From Euglena gracilis (lineage: Eukaryota), in assembly GCA_039621445.1 (NCBI GenBank), contig CP154954.1, positions 17,514,589 through 17,578,588 of the forward strand: a DNA stretch of 64,000 bases, given 5' to 3'. The notes beneath the pieces were generated by a model, which was not told where the DNA came from, did no database searches, and was given only the letters and a program-made list of their open reading frames with translations. Of the stretch, positions 1 to 32,600 are shown piece after piece. Each line of letters starts with the position of its first letter. Position 1 is the first letter of the stretch. Both the position numbers and the translations under genes were made by a program.

Positions 1-198
1 ATTGTGGGACCCCTCTGGGGGGTGAACACTTTGGGGGGGGGTGGACACTTTGGGGGGGTGAGGGTATCCCCGGCGGAACCTCTCACCGAAATAATTCCCC
101 GGCCATCTTTCACCGAAATAATTCACTCTGACCAGTCCAAAATGCTCCCTGAACCCCATAGAACCGAAGAAAGGGGCGTCAAGAATGGTCAAAATGGC

Positions 199-1299
199 GG
201 CTCATTGCGGGAAATTGGTGATGGATTTTTTGGTGGTCGCTAGCGACTTGTCGCTAGCGACTGTTGGTGATGGCCTAGCGACCATTGGTGGTCGGGCCGA
301 CCAATTTTAAGTCCACCCCCCCCCCCTCTAAAAATTTTTTAAGCCCCCCCCTCCAAAAAAAATTCATTGAAATATGAAGGAAAATGACTCGAAACCCACC
401 CAAATGCCTTCAGAAACCCCCATTCGGGGGTCCAATTGCAAAAAAAAATTGGGTAATATGTTCTTTTTGCGCCAGTTCTGTGAAAGTTATCTTTGTCCAG
501 GAGTCCAGTTGGACGGGTGGGTCTCCGGGGGGGGGGGGGGGCGAACCCCCCCCCCCCCGGAGGAGGCCGTAGTAGGAGGGCCGAATCGTGCTCCCGAAGG
601 AACCCCGATATGCGAACTACGCGCACCGTAAACAAAACAGTCCTAAGGCGCCTTCGGCGCCCTTGGTCGTCTAGCGGGGGGGGGGGGGGGCTGCCGCCCC
701 GCACCCCCCCCCCCGCCCTCCAATAACAAAATCCCCTCCGGGGTAACCGACCCAGGGCCAGGCGCGCATGTAATGCCACGCGCACCGTAAACAAAACATT
801 CCTAAGGCGCCTTCGGCTCCTTTGTTCTTCTAGCGGGGGGGGGGGGCTGCCGCCCCCCCCCCCACACCCCCGGACCCCCCCCCCGCCCAAAATAACAAAA
901 TCCCCTCCGGGCCCCCTTGTGTGTGCAAGGCAAGGAAGGCCGAATCGTGCTCCTTAACTCCTGGACAAAGACAAGTTTCACAGAACTGGCGCAAAAAGAA
1001 GAATATTACCCAATTTTTTTTGCAGATGGACCCCCGAATGGGGGTTTCTGAAGGCATTTGGGTGGGTTTCGAGTCATTCTCCTTCATATTTGAATGAATT
1101 TTTTTTGGAGGGGGGGGGGGCTTATAAACTTTTTTAGAGGGGGGGGTGGACTTAAAATTGGTGGTCGCTAGCGACTAGTCGCCAGCGACCAGCCTTATCA
1201 CCAATGGTCGCTAGCGACTAGTCGCTAGAAAATGGTCGCTAGCGACCATGGTCGCTAGCGACCACCAAAAAGTCCATCACCAATTTCTCGCTCGGGGCC
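199..1299. mobile_element. Non-autonomous foldback/Mutator-like element with ~300-bp imperfect terminal inverted repeats and 9-bp TSD
   Basis: ~199-504 is the imperfect reverse complement of ~957-1299 (e.g. ATGACTCGAAACCCACCCAAATGCCTTCAGAAACCCCCATTCGGGGGTCCA is present in both arms). The ends are GGCTC...GGGGCC. Flanks are CAAAATGGC (190-198) and AAAAATGGC (1300-1308), 8/9 identical. The arms carry several GTCGCTAGCGAC palindromes. No transposase ORF. Confidence 0.8.
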
Positions 1300-3119
1300 A
1301 AAAATGGCTGCAAAAAATGGATGCAAAAGCCACTTGAGTTGTTCGCATTGTGGCCACTTCTGCTCAATCTGCTCATTGATATTACTCAATAAGCAGAATT
1401 TTAATTATTTTGGATCTTTGCGTGGTTCGCGGGGCTGGCCCTTGTCTGGACCTCAGTGGGGGGGGGGGGTGTTCAATCGGGGTTAGTACAGTCCCTGGGC
1501 GTAAATTTCCCCCCAGGGAAGATTTTTTGGGCTCTTGACTGGGGGGGGGGATTCCGTTTCGGACATTTTGCCCCGTTCCTCCACAGTCTTTTCTATTCTT
1601 TGAAGCCATGAAGCCTGCCGGCATTCGGAATTCATTGGCCGTATGTTGTGGGGTTGTTATGACATATTCCCGAACACCTCTGTTCTGGGCGGTGGGCAAC
1701 CGGCAAAAGATCCTGAACCGGAGGCAGGGCACACATAAAGACACACACAGGCCGAGGGTGGTTCAATGGATAAAAAGACCAAAAGATGCCAAGTCCTCGA
1801 CCCGGGGGTCATGCAAGTGGTGAAGCTGTGCTGCTGCATGCATAAAAAGAAAGTCCCAACCCACCTGCCTTTGCCGTTCCTCTGGGACAGAAGGGGGGGG
1901 AATTTCAACCGTTTCAGAGCCTTTTGCAAGTCCAGGGAAATTCCGAAACTTCAGGGGGGGGAATTTTCGGGGGGGGGGATTTACGCCCAGGGACTGTACC
2001 AGGTTTTGTGTAGTGCTGAGCTCTTTACATGCCTGATGGTGCCATGCTGCAGCAAATGTTTGAGGCATGTGCCCCAGGTCGAACATTCGGCCCAACCTGG
2101 TGGCCCGGCCCGGCCCAACCCAGCCCAATTTCGCAAACTGGAGGAAGCCGCGCAACCTGGCCCGGCTGGCTGCCAGGCATACTTCCTGGCCTGGCCCGGT
2201 CCGCCGGCCTGTGCAACTGGCCCTGGCAGCAGTCCCAGGGGCTTTATTTAGGTCCCCCTTTCCTTTGATTCCCCACCAATTTGGAGATTGCCCCAAAATG
2301 CTTTGTGTTTGAGATATTTTGAAAACATCGATTTTTTGACTCCGAAAACAGCCCAAAATGGCTCCTGAAATGGAATGGGCTAAAATTGGCCGGAAAATGT
2401 CCGTAATTCGGGCTACACGCAGAGTTGGGGGGAAAGCAAAGCATGGTTGGATAGGGCATTCCAAGGGCTTCATTTTTTTCTCTTCGGGAATTTTCTTTGA
2501 TTTTGCTTCATTGTCGAGATATTTTGGAAAACGATTTTTAAATCAAAAATCCCCCCCAAACACCAAAATGGCCGTTTTGGGCCACAAAATCGCGCCGGAA
2601 CACGGGCCAGGCGTGTCGGCGGCCAAAACGGCGAACGGGGGGCGATAGAGGGCCTCCAGGGTACATTTCGTCTTATGGACATTTCCGGAAACAATGTTTT
2701 CTCAAGAGAGAAAAAAAACGTGGGGGTTCTCCCCTTTTCCCTGGTGGTAAGCTCAGAGGTCAGTGACCCCCCCATAAATTACCCCCCCCCCCGTAAGTGA
2801 CACCCCTTCCGGGATCAAAATTTTTTCGGCCGCCCAAGAAATTTTCCTTTGAAAATTGGACCCCCCCCATGAATGACACCCCATAAATGACACTCCCTGG
2901 GGGGTTTTCAGGGTGTTGGGGGTGTCATTTATGGGCTGGTCGCCTCCATGCAGCCTTTTTTTTTGTTGCCCCCAGGGACAGCAAAAAAAAAAGTCTGGTC
3001 CCAGGTCAGCGGTGAACGTGCAGAAATTGTCTTTGCCACCTTCTTGGGTTCCACCATGTTTTGCAGATATACCGTGCGTTGTTGTAATTGTTGTCGAAAT
3101 GATGTTTTCCTGCTCTCAG

Positions 3120-21787
<18,668 letters not shown>

Positions 21788-23169
21788 GTATGCAGTATTT
21801 TACAATTTGAAGTATAAACAACCAAAAACAGCTGGTGGGCAGTTGAAAGTGTACCCCCCCCCCGAGCTATCCTTTTATGGACCGATAGGAACAGCTCGGG
21901 GAGGGTAAACCTAGGTCCCCCCCAAGCAATTCCGAAATCCCAACCTCCGACAACCCAAAAGGGGTTGTTTTTTGAAAAATTTTCAGGCTCGCAAAAAATA
22001 GTCAATTTAAAGCACATTTTCCAAAGAGTGAATTTTGAAAGCCAAAAAAACGGTCGATTTTTGAGCTTTTTTTTGGACGTTCTTGATATAAACAAAGTGC
22101 TATGACAGGAAGCCATTCCTGTAATCCTATTTGAGGTACGACAGATAGTACAAAAAAAAAACGACCAAGACAGCACAGACAAACACCGGAAGCCCAGCTC
22201 TTGCAGTTTAGGCTTCTGATGACCCACCTTTGCTCCTTAGACTGCTGATTCCTGTGATGCAGTTCCGTCGAGTCTGACTGGGCCATCAGCATTGGGAGCC
22301 TGCCAAAAGGCACGAAAGGGGGCGAAGTTCAGATAAGGGATGGGTGTGCCTGGGCAATCACCCAGTTGGGCAGCCGTTGCTCATATGTGGCTGTCCGCAC
22401 CATGTCAAAGGAGCTCGTCCAGTCTGCCCCACGGCTGCATCTGCTGCGCCGCTCTTTCCACCCGACACCCCCCCTATCTACCCCCTGGGCCCCCAGCTCG
22501 CCAGCTCACCAAAGTTTGCCGAAAAGGTGGGAAGGGGACAGTTTTTTTTTTCCTAGCCCAAAAGGGAGCACCAGTTGGCCAGGCATTTAGAGCAATTGGA
22601 TTGGTCGTCGCATGATGCTGGTTTGATACTCACGTGTGACTCAAACCAAATGATCACAGCTTTCTCAACTGACCGGATCCAGGGCCACTGTTTTTGAAGT
22701 GCCGGGCAAGCCACAGCTGCCCGTGATCCCCGTTGATGGGGTTTCCGCGGTATCGGGTGAGTTTTGCCGGCAAGTGTTCAAGTGGACAACTTGACTGTTG
22801 GCGGATCACTAGCAAGTCTTCCCCCCTGGGTTGCAAATTACCTCCTCCGCTGGAGGTGTTTTGTGCACCGGGGCACCAATCAGCTTTGCGTTTCTGCATT
22901 GGGTCACAGAACCGCACCCTCCCACCGGCCCCAGCGGGTGGGCAGGAGGGTGATGGGAGGCGTTCGGGACGTTCCGGGATGGACAACGGAATCGCACCTG
23001 CCTCCTGCATTCCCGGGCATTGGCATTGAAGCGTTGGGTTGGCGGGGTGTTGGGGAAAGAGGAAGGTGTTGACTGGTGGCTGAAGGTCTGCAGTGGCCGC
23101 GCCAGTTGGGGAGAAAGGGCCCGGTCAACCTGAGTGGTGTGTGAAAGCCCAGCTCTGGCAGTTTGCTGG

Positions 23170-23239
23170 GCTTCGTGATGACCAACCTTTGCTCCTTAGA
23201 CTGCTGATTCCTGTGATGCAGTTCCGTCGAGTCTGACTG
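23170..23239 (+). ncRNA. Box C/D snoRNA candidate 1A (representative copy; one per unit of array 1)
   Basis: GTGATGA (C, 23175-81), ccaacctttgctccttagactg, CTGA (D', 23204-07), TGATGC (C', 23214-19), agttccgtc(g/a)agt, CTGA (D, 23233-36). All four boxes are in canonical order within 62 nt. Confidence 0.8.
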
Positions 23240-23556
23240 GGCCGTCAGCATTGGGAGCCTGCCAAAAGGCACAAAAGGGGGCGAAGTTCAGATAAGGGAT
23301 GGGTGTGCCTGGGCAATTACCCAGTTGGGCAGCCGGTGGTCATATGTGGCTGTCCGTACCATGTCAAAGGAGCTCGTCCAGTCTGCCCCACGGCTGCATC
23401 TGCTGCGCCGCTCTTTCCACCCGACACCCCCCCTATCTACCCCCTGGGCCCCCAGCTCGCCAGCTCACCAAAGTTTGCCGAAAAGGTGGGAAGGGGACAG
23501 TTTTTTTTTTCCTAGCCCAAAAGGGAGCACCAGTTGGCCAGGCATTTAGAGCAATT

Positions 23557-23639
23557 GGATTGGTCGTCGCATGATGCTGGTTTGATACTCACGTGTGACT
23601 CAAACCAAATGATCACAGCTTTCTCAACTGACCGGATCC
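23557..23639 (+). ncRNA. Box C/D snoRNA candidate 1B (representative copy)
   Basis: ATGATGC (variant C, 23571-77), internal hairpin TGGTTTGA/TCAAACCA, ATGATC (C'-like), acagctttctcaa, CTGA (D, 23628-31). Flanking stem GGATTGGT / ACCGGATCC. The core looks nearly invariant across copies. Confidence 0.6.
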
Positions 23640-26600
23640 AGGGCCACTGTTTTTGAAGTGCCGGGCAAGCCACAGCTGCCCGTGATCCCCGTTGATGGGG
23701 TTTCCGCGGTATCGATTGAGTTTTGCCGGCAACTGTTCAAGTGGACAACTTGACTGTTGGCGGATCACTAGCAAGTCTTCCCCCCTGGGTTGCAAATTAC
23801 CTCCTCCGCTGGAGGTGTTTTGTGCACCGGGGCACAATCAGCTTTGCGTTTCTGCATTGGGTCACAGAACCGCACCCTCCCACCGGCCCCAGCGGGTGGG
23901 CAGGAGGGTGATGGGAGGCGTTCGGGACGTTCCGGGATGGACAACGGAATCGCACCTGCCTCCTGCATTCCCAGGTATTGGCATTGAAGTGTTGGGTTGG
24001 CGGGGTGTTGGGGAAAGAGGAAGGTGTTGACTGGTGGCTGAAGGTCTGGGGTGGCCGCGCCAGTTGGGGAGAAAGGGCCCGGTCAACCTGAGTGGTGTGT
24101 GAAAGCCCAGCTCTGGCAGTTTGCTGGGCTTCGTGATGACCAACCTTTGCTCCTTAGACTGCTGATTCCTGTGATGCAGTTCCGTCGAGTCTGACTGGGC
24201 CGTCAGCATTGGGAGCCTGCCAAAAGGCACGAAAGGGGGCGAAGTTCAGATAAGGGATGGGTGTGCCTGGGCAATCACCCAGTTGGGCAGCCGTTGCTCA
24301 TATGTGGCTGTCATACCACGTCAAAGGAGCTCGTCCAGTCTGCCCCACGGCTGCATCTGCTGCGCCGCTCTTTCCACCCGACACCCCCCAATCTACCCCC
24401 TAGGCCCCCCAGCTCGCCAGCTCACCAAAGTTTGTTTAAAAGGTGGGAAGGGGACAGTTTTTTTTTTCCTAGCCCAAAAGGGAGCACCAGTTGGCCAGGC
24501 ATTTAGAGCAATTGGATTGGTCGTCGCATGATGCTGGTTTGATACTCACGTGTGACTCAAACCAAATGATCACAGCTTTCTCAACTGACCGGATCCAGGG
24601 CCACTGTTTTTGAAGTGCCGGGCAAGCCACAGCTGCCCGTGATCCCCGTTGATTGGGTTTCCGCGGTATCGGTTCAATTTTGCCGGCAACTGTTCAAGTG
24701 GACAACTTGACCGTTGGAGGATGTGCTCAGCAGTGGACAACCAACAAGTTTTCCCCCCGGGTTGCAAATTACCTCCTCCGCTGGAGGTCAGTGTTGGTGC
24801 CCCGGTGTTTTGTGCACCGCGGCACCAATCGGCTTTGCCGTTCTGCATTGGGTCACAGAACCGCACCCTGCCACCGGCCCCAGCGGTGGGCAGGAGGGTG
24901 ATGGGAGGCGTTTCGGGACGTTCCGGGATGGACAACGGAATCGCACCTGCCTCCTGCATTCCCGGTATTGGCATTGAAGTGTTGGGTTGGCGGGGTGTTG
25001 GGGAAAGAGGAAGGTGTTGATGGTGGCTGAAGGTCTGGGGTGGCCGCGCCAGTTGGGGAGAAAGGCAGAAGAGGGCCCGGTCAACCTGAGTGGTGTGTGA
25101 AAGCCCAGCTCTGGCAGTTTGCTGGGCTTCGTGATGACCCATATATGCTCCTTAGACTGCTGATTCCTGTGATGCAGTTCCGTCAAGTCTGACTGGGCCG
25201 TCACTGCCAAAAGGCACGAAAGGGGCGAAGTTCAGATAAGGGATGGGTGTGCCTGGGCAATCACCCAGTTGGGCAGCCGTTGGTCATATGTGGCTGTCCA
25301 TACCATGTCAAAGGAGCTCGTCCAGTCTGCCCCACGGCTGCATCTGCTGCGCCGCTCTTTCCACCCGACACCCCCCCTATCTACCCCCTGGGCCCCCCAG
25401 CTCGCCAGCTCACCAAAGTTTGTTTAAAAGGTGGGAAGGGGACAGTTTTTTTTTTCCTAGCCCAAAAGGGAGCACCAGTTGGCCAGGCATTTAGAGCAAT
25501 TGGATTGGTCGTCGCATGATGCTGGTTTGATACTCACGTGTGACTCAAACCAAATGATCACAGCTTTCTCAACTGACCGGATCCAGGGCCACTGTTTTTG
25601 AAGTGCCGGGCAAGCCACAGCTGCCCGTGATCCCCGTTGATGGGGTTTCCGCGGTATCGATTGAGTTTTGCCGGCAACTGTTCAAGTGGACAACTTGACC
25701 GTTGGAGGATGTGCTCAGCAGTGGACAACCAACAAGTTTTCCCCCCTGGGTTGCAAATTACCTCCTCCGCTGGAGGTGTTTTGTGCACCGGGGCACAATC
25801 AGCTTTGCCGTTCTGCATTGGGTCACAGAACCGCACCCTCCCACCGGCCCCAGCGGGTGGGCAGGAGGGTGATGGGAGGCGTTCGGGACGTTCCGGGATG
25901 GACAACGGAATCGCACCTGCCTCCTGCATTTCCCGTGCATTGGCATTGAAGTGTTGGGTTGGCGGGGTGTTGGGGAAAGAGGAAGGTGTTGACTGGTGGC
26001 TGAAGGTCTGCAGTGGCCGCGCCAGTTGGGGAGAAAGGGCCCGGTCAACCTGAGTGGTGTGTGAAAGCCCAGCTCTGGCAGTTTGCTGGGCTTCGTGATG
26101 ACCAACCTTTGCTCCTTAGACTGCTGATTCCTGTGATGCAGTTCCGTCGAGTCTGATTGGGCCGTCAGCATTGGGAGCCTGCCAAAAGGCACGAAAGGGG
26201 GCGAAGTTCAGATAAGGGATGGGTGTGCCTGGGCAATCACCCAGTTGGGCAGCCGTTGGTCATATGTGGATGTTCATACCATGTCAAAGGAGCTCGTCCA
26301 GTCTGCCCCACGGCTGCATCTGCTGCGCCGCTCTTTCCACCCGACACCCCCCAATCTACCCCCTAGGCCCCCCAGCTCGCCAGCTCACCAAAGTTTGGGG
26401 AAAAGGTGGGAAGGGGACAGTTTTTTTTTCCTAGCCCAAAAGGGAGCACCAGTTGGCCAGGCATTTAGAGCAATTGGATTGGTCGTCGCATGATGCTGGT
26501 TTGATACTCACGTGTGACTCAAACCAAATGATCACAGCTTTCTCAACTGACCGGATCCAGGGCCACTGTTTTTGAAGTGCCGGGCAAGCCACAGCTGCCC

Positions 26601-29600
26601 GTGATCCCCGTGATGGGGTTTCCGCGGTATCGATTGAGTTTTGCCGGCAACTGTTCAAGTGGACAACTTGACCGTTGGAGGATGTGCTCAGCAGTGGACA
26701 ACCAACAAGTTTTCCCCCCTGGGTTGCAAATTACCTCCTCCGCTGGAGGTGTTTTGTGCACCGGGGCACAATCAGCTTTGCCGTTCTGCATTGGGTCACA
26801 GAACCGCACCCTCCCACCGGCCCCAGCGGGTGGGCAGGAGGGTGATGGGAGGCGTTCGGGACGTTCCGGGATGGACAACGGAATCGCACCTGCCTCCTGC
26901 ATTTCCGGGCATTGGCATTGAAGTGTTGGGTGGCGGGGTGTTGGGGAAAGAGGAAGGTGTTGACTGGTGGCTGAAGGTCTGCAGTGGCCGCGCCAGTTGG
27001 GGAGAAAGGGCCCGGTCAACCTGAGTGGTGTGTGAAAGCCCAGCTCTGGCAGTTTGCTGGGCTTCGTGATGACCAACCTTTGCTCCTTAGACTGCTGATT
27101 CCTGTGATGCAGTTCCGTCAAGTCTGATTGGGCCGTCAGCATTGGGAGCCTGCCAAAAGGCACGAAAGGGGGCGAAGTTCAGATAAGGGATGGGTGTGCC
27201 TGGGCAATCACCCAGTTGGGCAGCCGTTGGTCATATGTGGCTGTTCATACCACGTCAAAGGAGCTCGTCCAGTCTGCCCCACGGCTGCATCTGCTGCGCC
27301 GCTCTTTCCACCCGACACCCCCCAATCTACCCCCTAGGCCCCCCAGCTCGCCAGCTCACCAAAGTTTGGGGAAAAGGTGGGAAGGGGACAGTTTTTTTTT
27401 TTCCTAGCCCAAAAGGGAGCACCAGTTGGCCAGGCATTTAGAGCAATTGGATTGGCCGTCGCATGATGCTGGTTTGATACTCACGTGTGACTCAAACCAA
27501 ATGATCACAGCTTTCTCAACTGACCGGATCCAGGGCCACTGTTTTTGAAGTGCCGGGCAAGCCACAGCTGCCCGTGATCCCCGTTGATGGGGTTTCCGCG
27601 GTATCGATTGAGTTTTGCCGGCAACTGTTCAAGTGGACAACTTGACCGTTGGAGGATGTGCTCAGCAGTGGACAACCAACAAGTTTTCCCCCCTGGGTTG
27701 CAAATTACCTCCTCCGCTGGAGGTGTTTTGTGCACCGGGGCACAATCAGCTTTGCCGTTCTGCATTGGGTCACAGAACCGCACCCTCCCACCGGCCCCAG
27801 CGGGTGGGCAGGAGGGTGATGGGAGGCGTTCGGGACGTTCCGGGATGGACAACGGAATCGCACCTGCCTCCTGCATTTCCGGGCATTGGCATTGAAGTGT
27901 TGGGTTGGCGGGGTGTTGGGGAAAGAGGAAGGTGTTGACTGGTGGCTGAAGGTCTGCAGTGGCCGCGCCAGTTGGGGAGAAAGGGCCCGGTCAACCTGAG
28001 TGGTGTGTGAAAGCCCAGCTCTGGCAGTTTGCTGGGCTTCGTGATGACCAACCTTTGCTCCTTAGACTGCTGATTCCTGTGATGCAGTTCCGTCAAGTCT
28101 GATTGGGCCGTCAGCATTGGGAGCCTGCCAAAAGGCACGAAAGGGGGCGAAGTTCAGATAAGGGATGGGTGTGCCTGGGCAATCACCCAGTTGGGCAGCC
28201 GTTGGTCATATGTGGCTGTTCATACCACGTCAAAGGAGCTCGTCCAGTCTGCCCCACGGCTGCATCTGCTGCGCCGCTCTTTCCACCCGACCCCCCCCAA
28301 TCTACCCCCTAGGCCCCCCAGCTCGCCAGCTCACCAAAGTTTGGGGAAAAGGTGGGAAGGGGACAGTTTTTTTTTTCCTAGCCCAAAAGGGAGCACCAGT
28401 TGGCCAGGCATTTAGAGCAATTGGATTGGTCGTCGCATGATGCTGGTTTGATACTCACGTGTGACTCAAACCAAATGATCACAGCTTTCTCAACTGACCG
28501 GATCCAGGGCCACTGTTTTTGAAGTGCCGGGCAAGCCACAGCTGCCCGTGATCCCCGTTGATGGGGTTTCCGCGGTATCGATTGAGTTTTGCCGGCAACT
28601 GTTCAAGTGGACAACTTGACCGTTGGAGGATGTGCTCAGCAGTGGACAACCAACAAGTTTTCCCCCCTGGGTTGCAAATTACCTCCTCCGATGAGGTGTT
28701 TTGTGCACCGGGGCACAATCAGCTTTGCCGTTCTGCATTGGGTCACAGAACCGCACCCTCCCACCGGCCCCAGCGGGTGGGCAGGAGGGTGATGGGAGGC
28801 GTTCGGGACGTTCCGGGATGGACAACGGAATCGCACCTGCCTCCTGCATTTCCGGGCATTGGCATTGAAGTGTTGGGTTGGCGGGGGGTTGGGGAAAGAG
28901 GAAGGTGTTGACTGGTGGCTGAAGGTCTGCAGTGGCCGCGCCAGTTGGGGAGAAAGGGCCCGGTCAACCTGAGTGGTGTGTGAAAGCCCAGCTCTGGCAG
29001 TTTGCTGGGCTTCGTGATGACCAACCTTTGCTCCTTAGACTGCTGATTCCTGTGATGCAGTTCCGTCAAGTCTGATTGGGCCGTCAGCATTGGGAGCCTG
29101 CCAAAAGGCACGAAAGGGGGCGAAGTTCAGATAAGGGATGGGTGTGCCTGGGCAATCACCCAGTTGGGCAGCCGTTGGTCATATGTGGCTGTTCATACCA
29201 CGTCAAAGGAGCTCGTCCAGTCTGCCCCACGGCTGCATCTGCTGCGCCGCTCTTTCCACCCGACACCCCCAATCTACCCCCTAGGCCCCCCAGCTCGCCA
29301 GCTCACCAAAGTTTGGGGGAAATGTGGGAAGGGGACAGTTTTTTTTTTCCTAGCCCAAAAGGGAGCACCAGTTGGCCAGGCATTTAGAGCAATTGGATTG
29401 GTCGTCGCATGATGCTGGTTTGATACTCACGTGTGACTCAAACCAAATGATCACAGCTTTCTCAACTGACCGGATCCAGGGCCACTGTTTTTGAAGTGCC
29501 GGGCAAGCCACAGCTGCCCGTGATCCCCGTTGATGGGGTTTCCGCGGTATCGATTGAGTTTTGCCGGCAACTGTTCAAGTGGACAACTTGACCGTTGGAG

Positions 29601-32600
29601 GATGTGCTCAGCAGTGGACAACCAACAAGTTTTCCCCCCTGGGTTGCAAATTACCTCCTCCGCTGGAGGTGTTTTGTGCACCGGGGCACAATCAGCTTTG
29701 CCGTTCTGCATTGGGTCACAGAACCGCACCCTCCCACCGGCCCCAGCGGGTGGGCAGGAGGGTGATGGGAGGCGTTCGGGACGTTCCGGGATGGACAACG
29801 GAATCGCACCTGCCTCCTGCATTTCCGGGCATTGGCATTGAAGTGTTGGGTTGGCGGGGTGTTGGGGAAAGAGGAAGATGTTGACTGGTGGCTGAAGGTC
29901 TGCAGTGGCCGCGCCAGTTGGGGAGAAAGGGCCCGGTCAACCTGAGTGGTGTGTGAAAGCCCAGCTCTGGCAGTTTGCTGGGCTTCGTGATGACCAACCT
30001 TTGCTCCTTAGACTGCTGATTCCTGTGATGCAGTTCCGTCAAGTCTGATTGGGCCGTCAGCATTGGGAGCCTGCCAAAAGGCACGAAAGGGGGCGAAGTT
30101 CAGATAAGGGATGGGTGTGCCTGGGCAATCACCCAGTTGGGCAGCCGTTGGTCATATGTGGCTGTCCATACCATGTCAAAGGAGCTCGTCCAGTCTGCCC
30201 CACGGCTGCATCTGCTGCGCCGCTCTTTCCACCCGACACCCCCCAATCTACCCCCTAGGCCCCCCAGCTCGCCAGCTCACCAAAGTTTGGGGAAAAGGTG
30301 GGAAGGGGACAGTTTTTTTTTCCTAGCCCAAAAGGGAGCACCAGTTGGCCAGGCATTTAGAGCAATTGGATTGGTCGTCGCATGATGCTGGTTTGATACT
30401 CACGTGTGACTCAAACCAAATGATCACAGCTTTCTCAACTGACCGGATCCAGGGCCACTGTTTTTGAAGTGCCGGGCAAGCCACAGCTGCCCGTGATCCC
30501 CGTTGATGGGGTTTCCGCGGTATCGGTTGAGTTTTGCCGGCAACTGTTCAAGTGGACAACTTGACCGTTGGAGGATGTGCTCAGCAGTGGACAACCAACA
30601 AGTCTCCCCCCCGGGTTGCAAATTACCTCCTCCGCTGGAGGTCAGTGTTGGTGCCCCGGTGTTTTGTGCACCGGGGCACCAATCGGCTTTGCCGTTCTGC
30701 ATTGGGTCACAGAACCGCACCCTGCCACCGGCCCCGGTCAACCTGAGTGGTGTGTGAAAGCCCAGCTCTGGCAGTTTGCTGGGCTTCGCGATGACCAACC
30801 TTTGCTCCTTAGACTGCTGATTCCTGTGATGCAGTTCCGTCGAGTCTGACTGGGCCGTCAGCATTGGGAGCCTGCCAAAAGGCACGAAAGGGGCGAAGTT
30901 CAGATAAGGGATGGGTGTGCCTGGGCAATCACCCAGTTGGGCAGCCGTTGGTCATATGTGGCTGTCCATACCATGTCAAAGGAGCTCGTCCAGTCTGCCC
31001 CACGGCTGCATCTGCTGCGCCGCTCTTTCCACCCGACACCCCCCCTATCGACCCCCCCCGCCCCCCAGCCCGCCCGCCCACCAAAGTTTGGGGGAAATGT
31101 GGGAAGGGGACAGTTTTTTTTTTCCTAGCCCAAAAGGGAGCACCAGTTGGCCAGGCATTTAGAGCAATTGGATTGGTCGTCGCATGATGCTGGTTTGATA
31201 CTCACGTGTGACTCAAACCAAATGATCACAGCTTTCTCAACTGACCGGATCCAGGGCCACTGTTTTTGAAGTGCCGGGCAAGCCACAGCTGCCCGTGATC
31301 CCCGTTGATGGGGTTTCCGCGGTATCGATTGAGTTTTGCCGGCAACTGTTCAAGTGGACAACTTGACCGTTGGAGGATGTGCTCAGCAGTGGACAACCAA
31401 CAAGTTTTCCCCCCTGGGTTGCAAATTACCTCCTCCGCTGGAGGTGTTTTGTGCACCGGGGCACCAATCAGCTTTGCCGTTCTGCATTGGGTCACAGAAC
31501 CGCACCCTCCCACCGGCCCCAGCGGGTGGGCAGGAGGGTGATGGGAGGCGTTCGGGACGTTCCGGGATGGACAACGGAATCGCACCTGCCTCCTGCATTT
31601 CCGGGCATTGGCATTGAAGTGTTGGGTTGGCGGGGTGTTGGGGAAAGAGGAAGATGTTGACTGGTGGCTGAAGGTCTGCAGTGGCCGCGCCAGTTGGGGA
31701 GAAAGGGCCCGGTCAACCTGAGTGGTGTGTGAAAGCCCAGCTCTGGCAGTTTGCTGGGCTTCGTGATGACCAACCTTTGCTCCTTAGACTGCTGATTCCT
31801 GTGATGCAGTTCCGTCGAGTCTGATTGGGCCGTCAGCATTGGGAGCCTGCCAAAAGGCACGAAAGGGGGCGAAGTTCAGATAAGGGATGGGTGTGCCTGG
31901 GCAATCACCCAGTTGGGCAGCCGTTGGTCATATGTGGCTGTTCATACCACGTCAAAGGAGCTCGTCCAGTCTGCCCCACGGCTGCATCTGCTGCGCCGCT
32001 CTTTCCACCCGACCCCCCCCCCTGCACCCCCCAGGCCCCCCAGCCCGCCACCTCACCCCAGTTTCGGGAAAAGGTGGGAAGGGGCCAGTTTTTTTTTTCC
32101 TAGCCCAAAAGGGAGCACCAGTTGGCCAGGCATTTAGAGCAATTGGATTGGTCGTCGCATGATGCTGGTTTGATACTCACGTGTGACTCAAACCAAATGA
32201 TCACAGCTTTCTCAACTGACCGGATCCAGGGCCACTGTTTTTGAAGTGCCGGGCAAGCCACAGCTGCCCGTGATCCCCGTTGATGGGGTTTCCGCGGTAT
32301 CGGTTGAGTTTTGCCGGCAACTGTTCAAGTGGACAACTTGACCGTTGGAGGATGTGCTCAGCAGTGGACAACCAACAAGTTTTCCCCCCGGGTTGCAAAT
32401 TACCTCCTCCGCTGGAGGTCAGTGTTGGTGCCCCGGTGTTTTGTGCACCGGGGCACCAATCGGCTTTGCCGTTCTGCATTGGGTCACAGAACCGCACCCT
32501 GCCACCGGCCCCGGTCAACCTGAGTGGTGTGTGAAAGCCCAGCTCTGGCAGTTTGCTGGGCTTCGCGATGACCAACCTTTGCTCCTTAGACTGCTGATTC

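Noticed and set aside
1590-3075. Possible 5' exons of the gene (near 1606-1640, 1751-1820, 2030-2235, 3005-3050)
   Set aside because: Plausible splice signals exist, but frames and junctions are ambiguous without transcript data.
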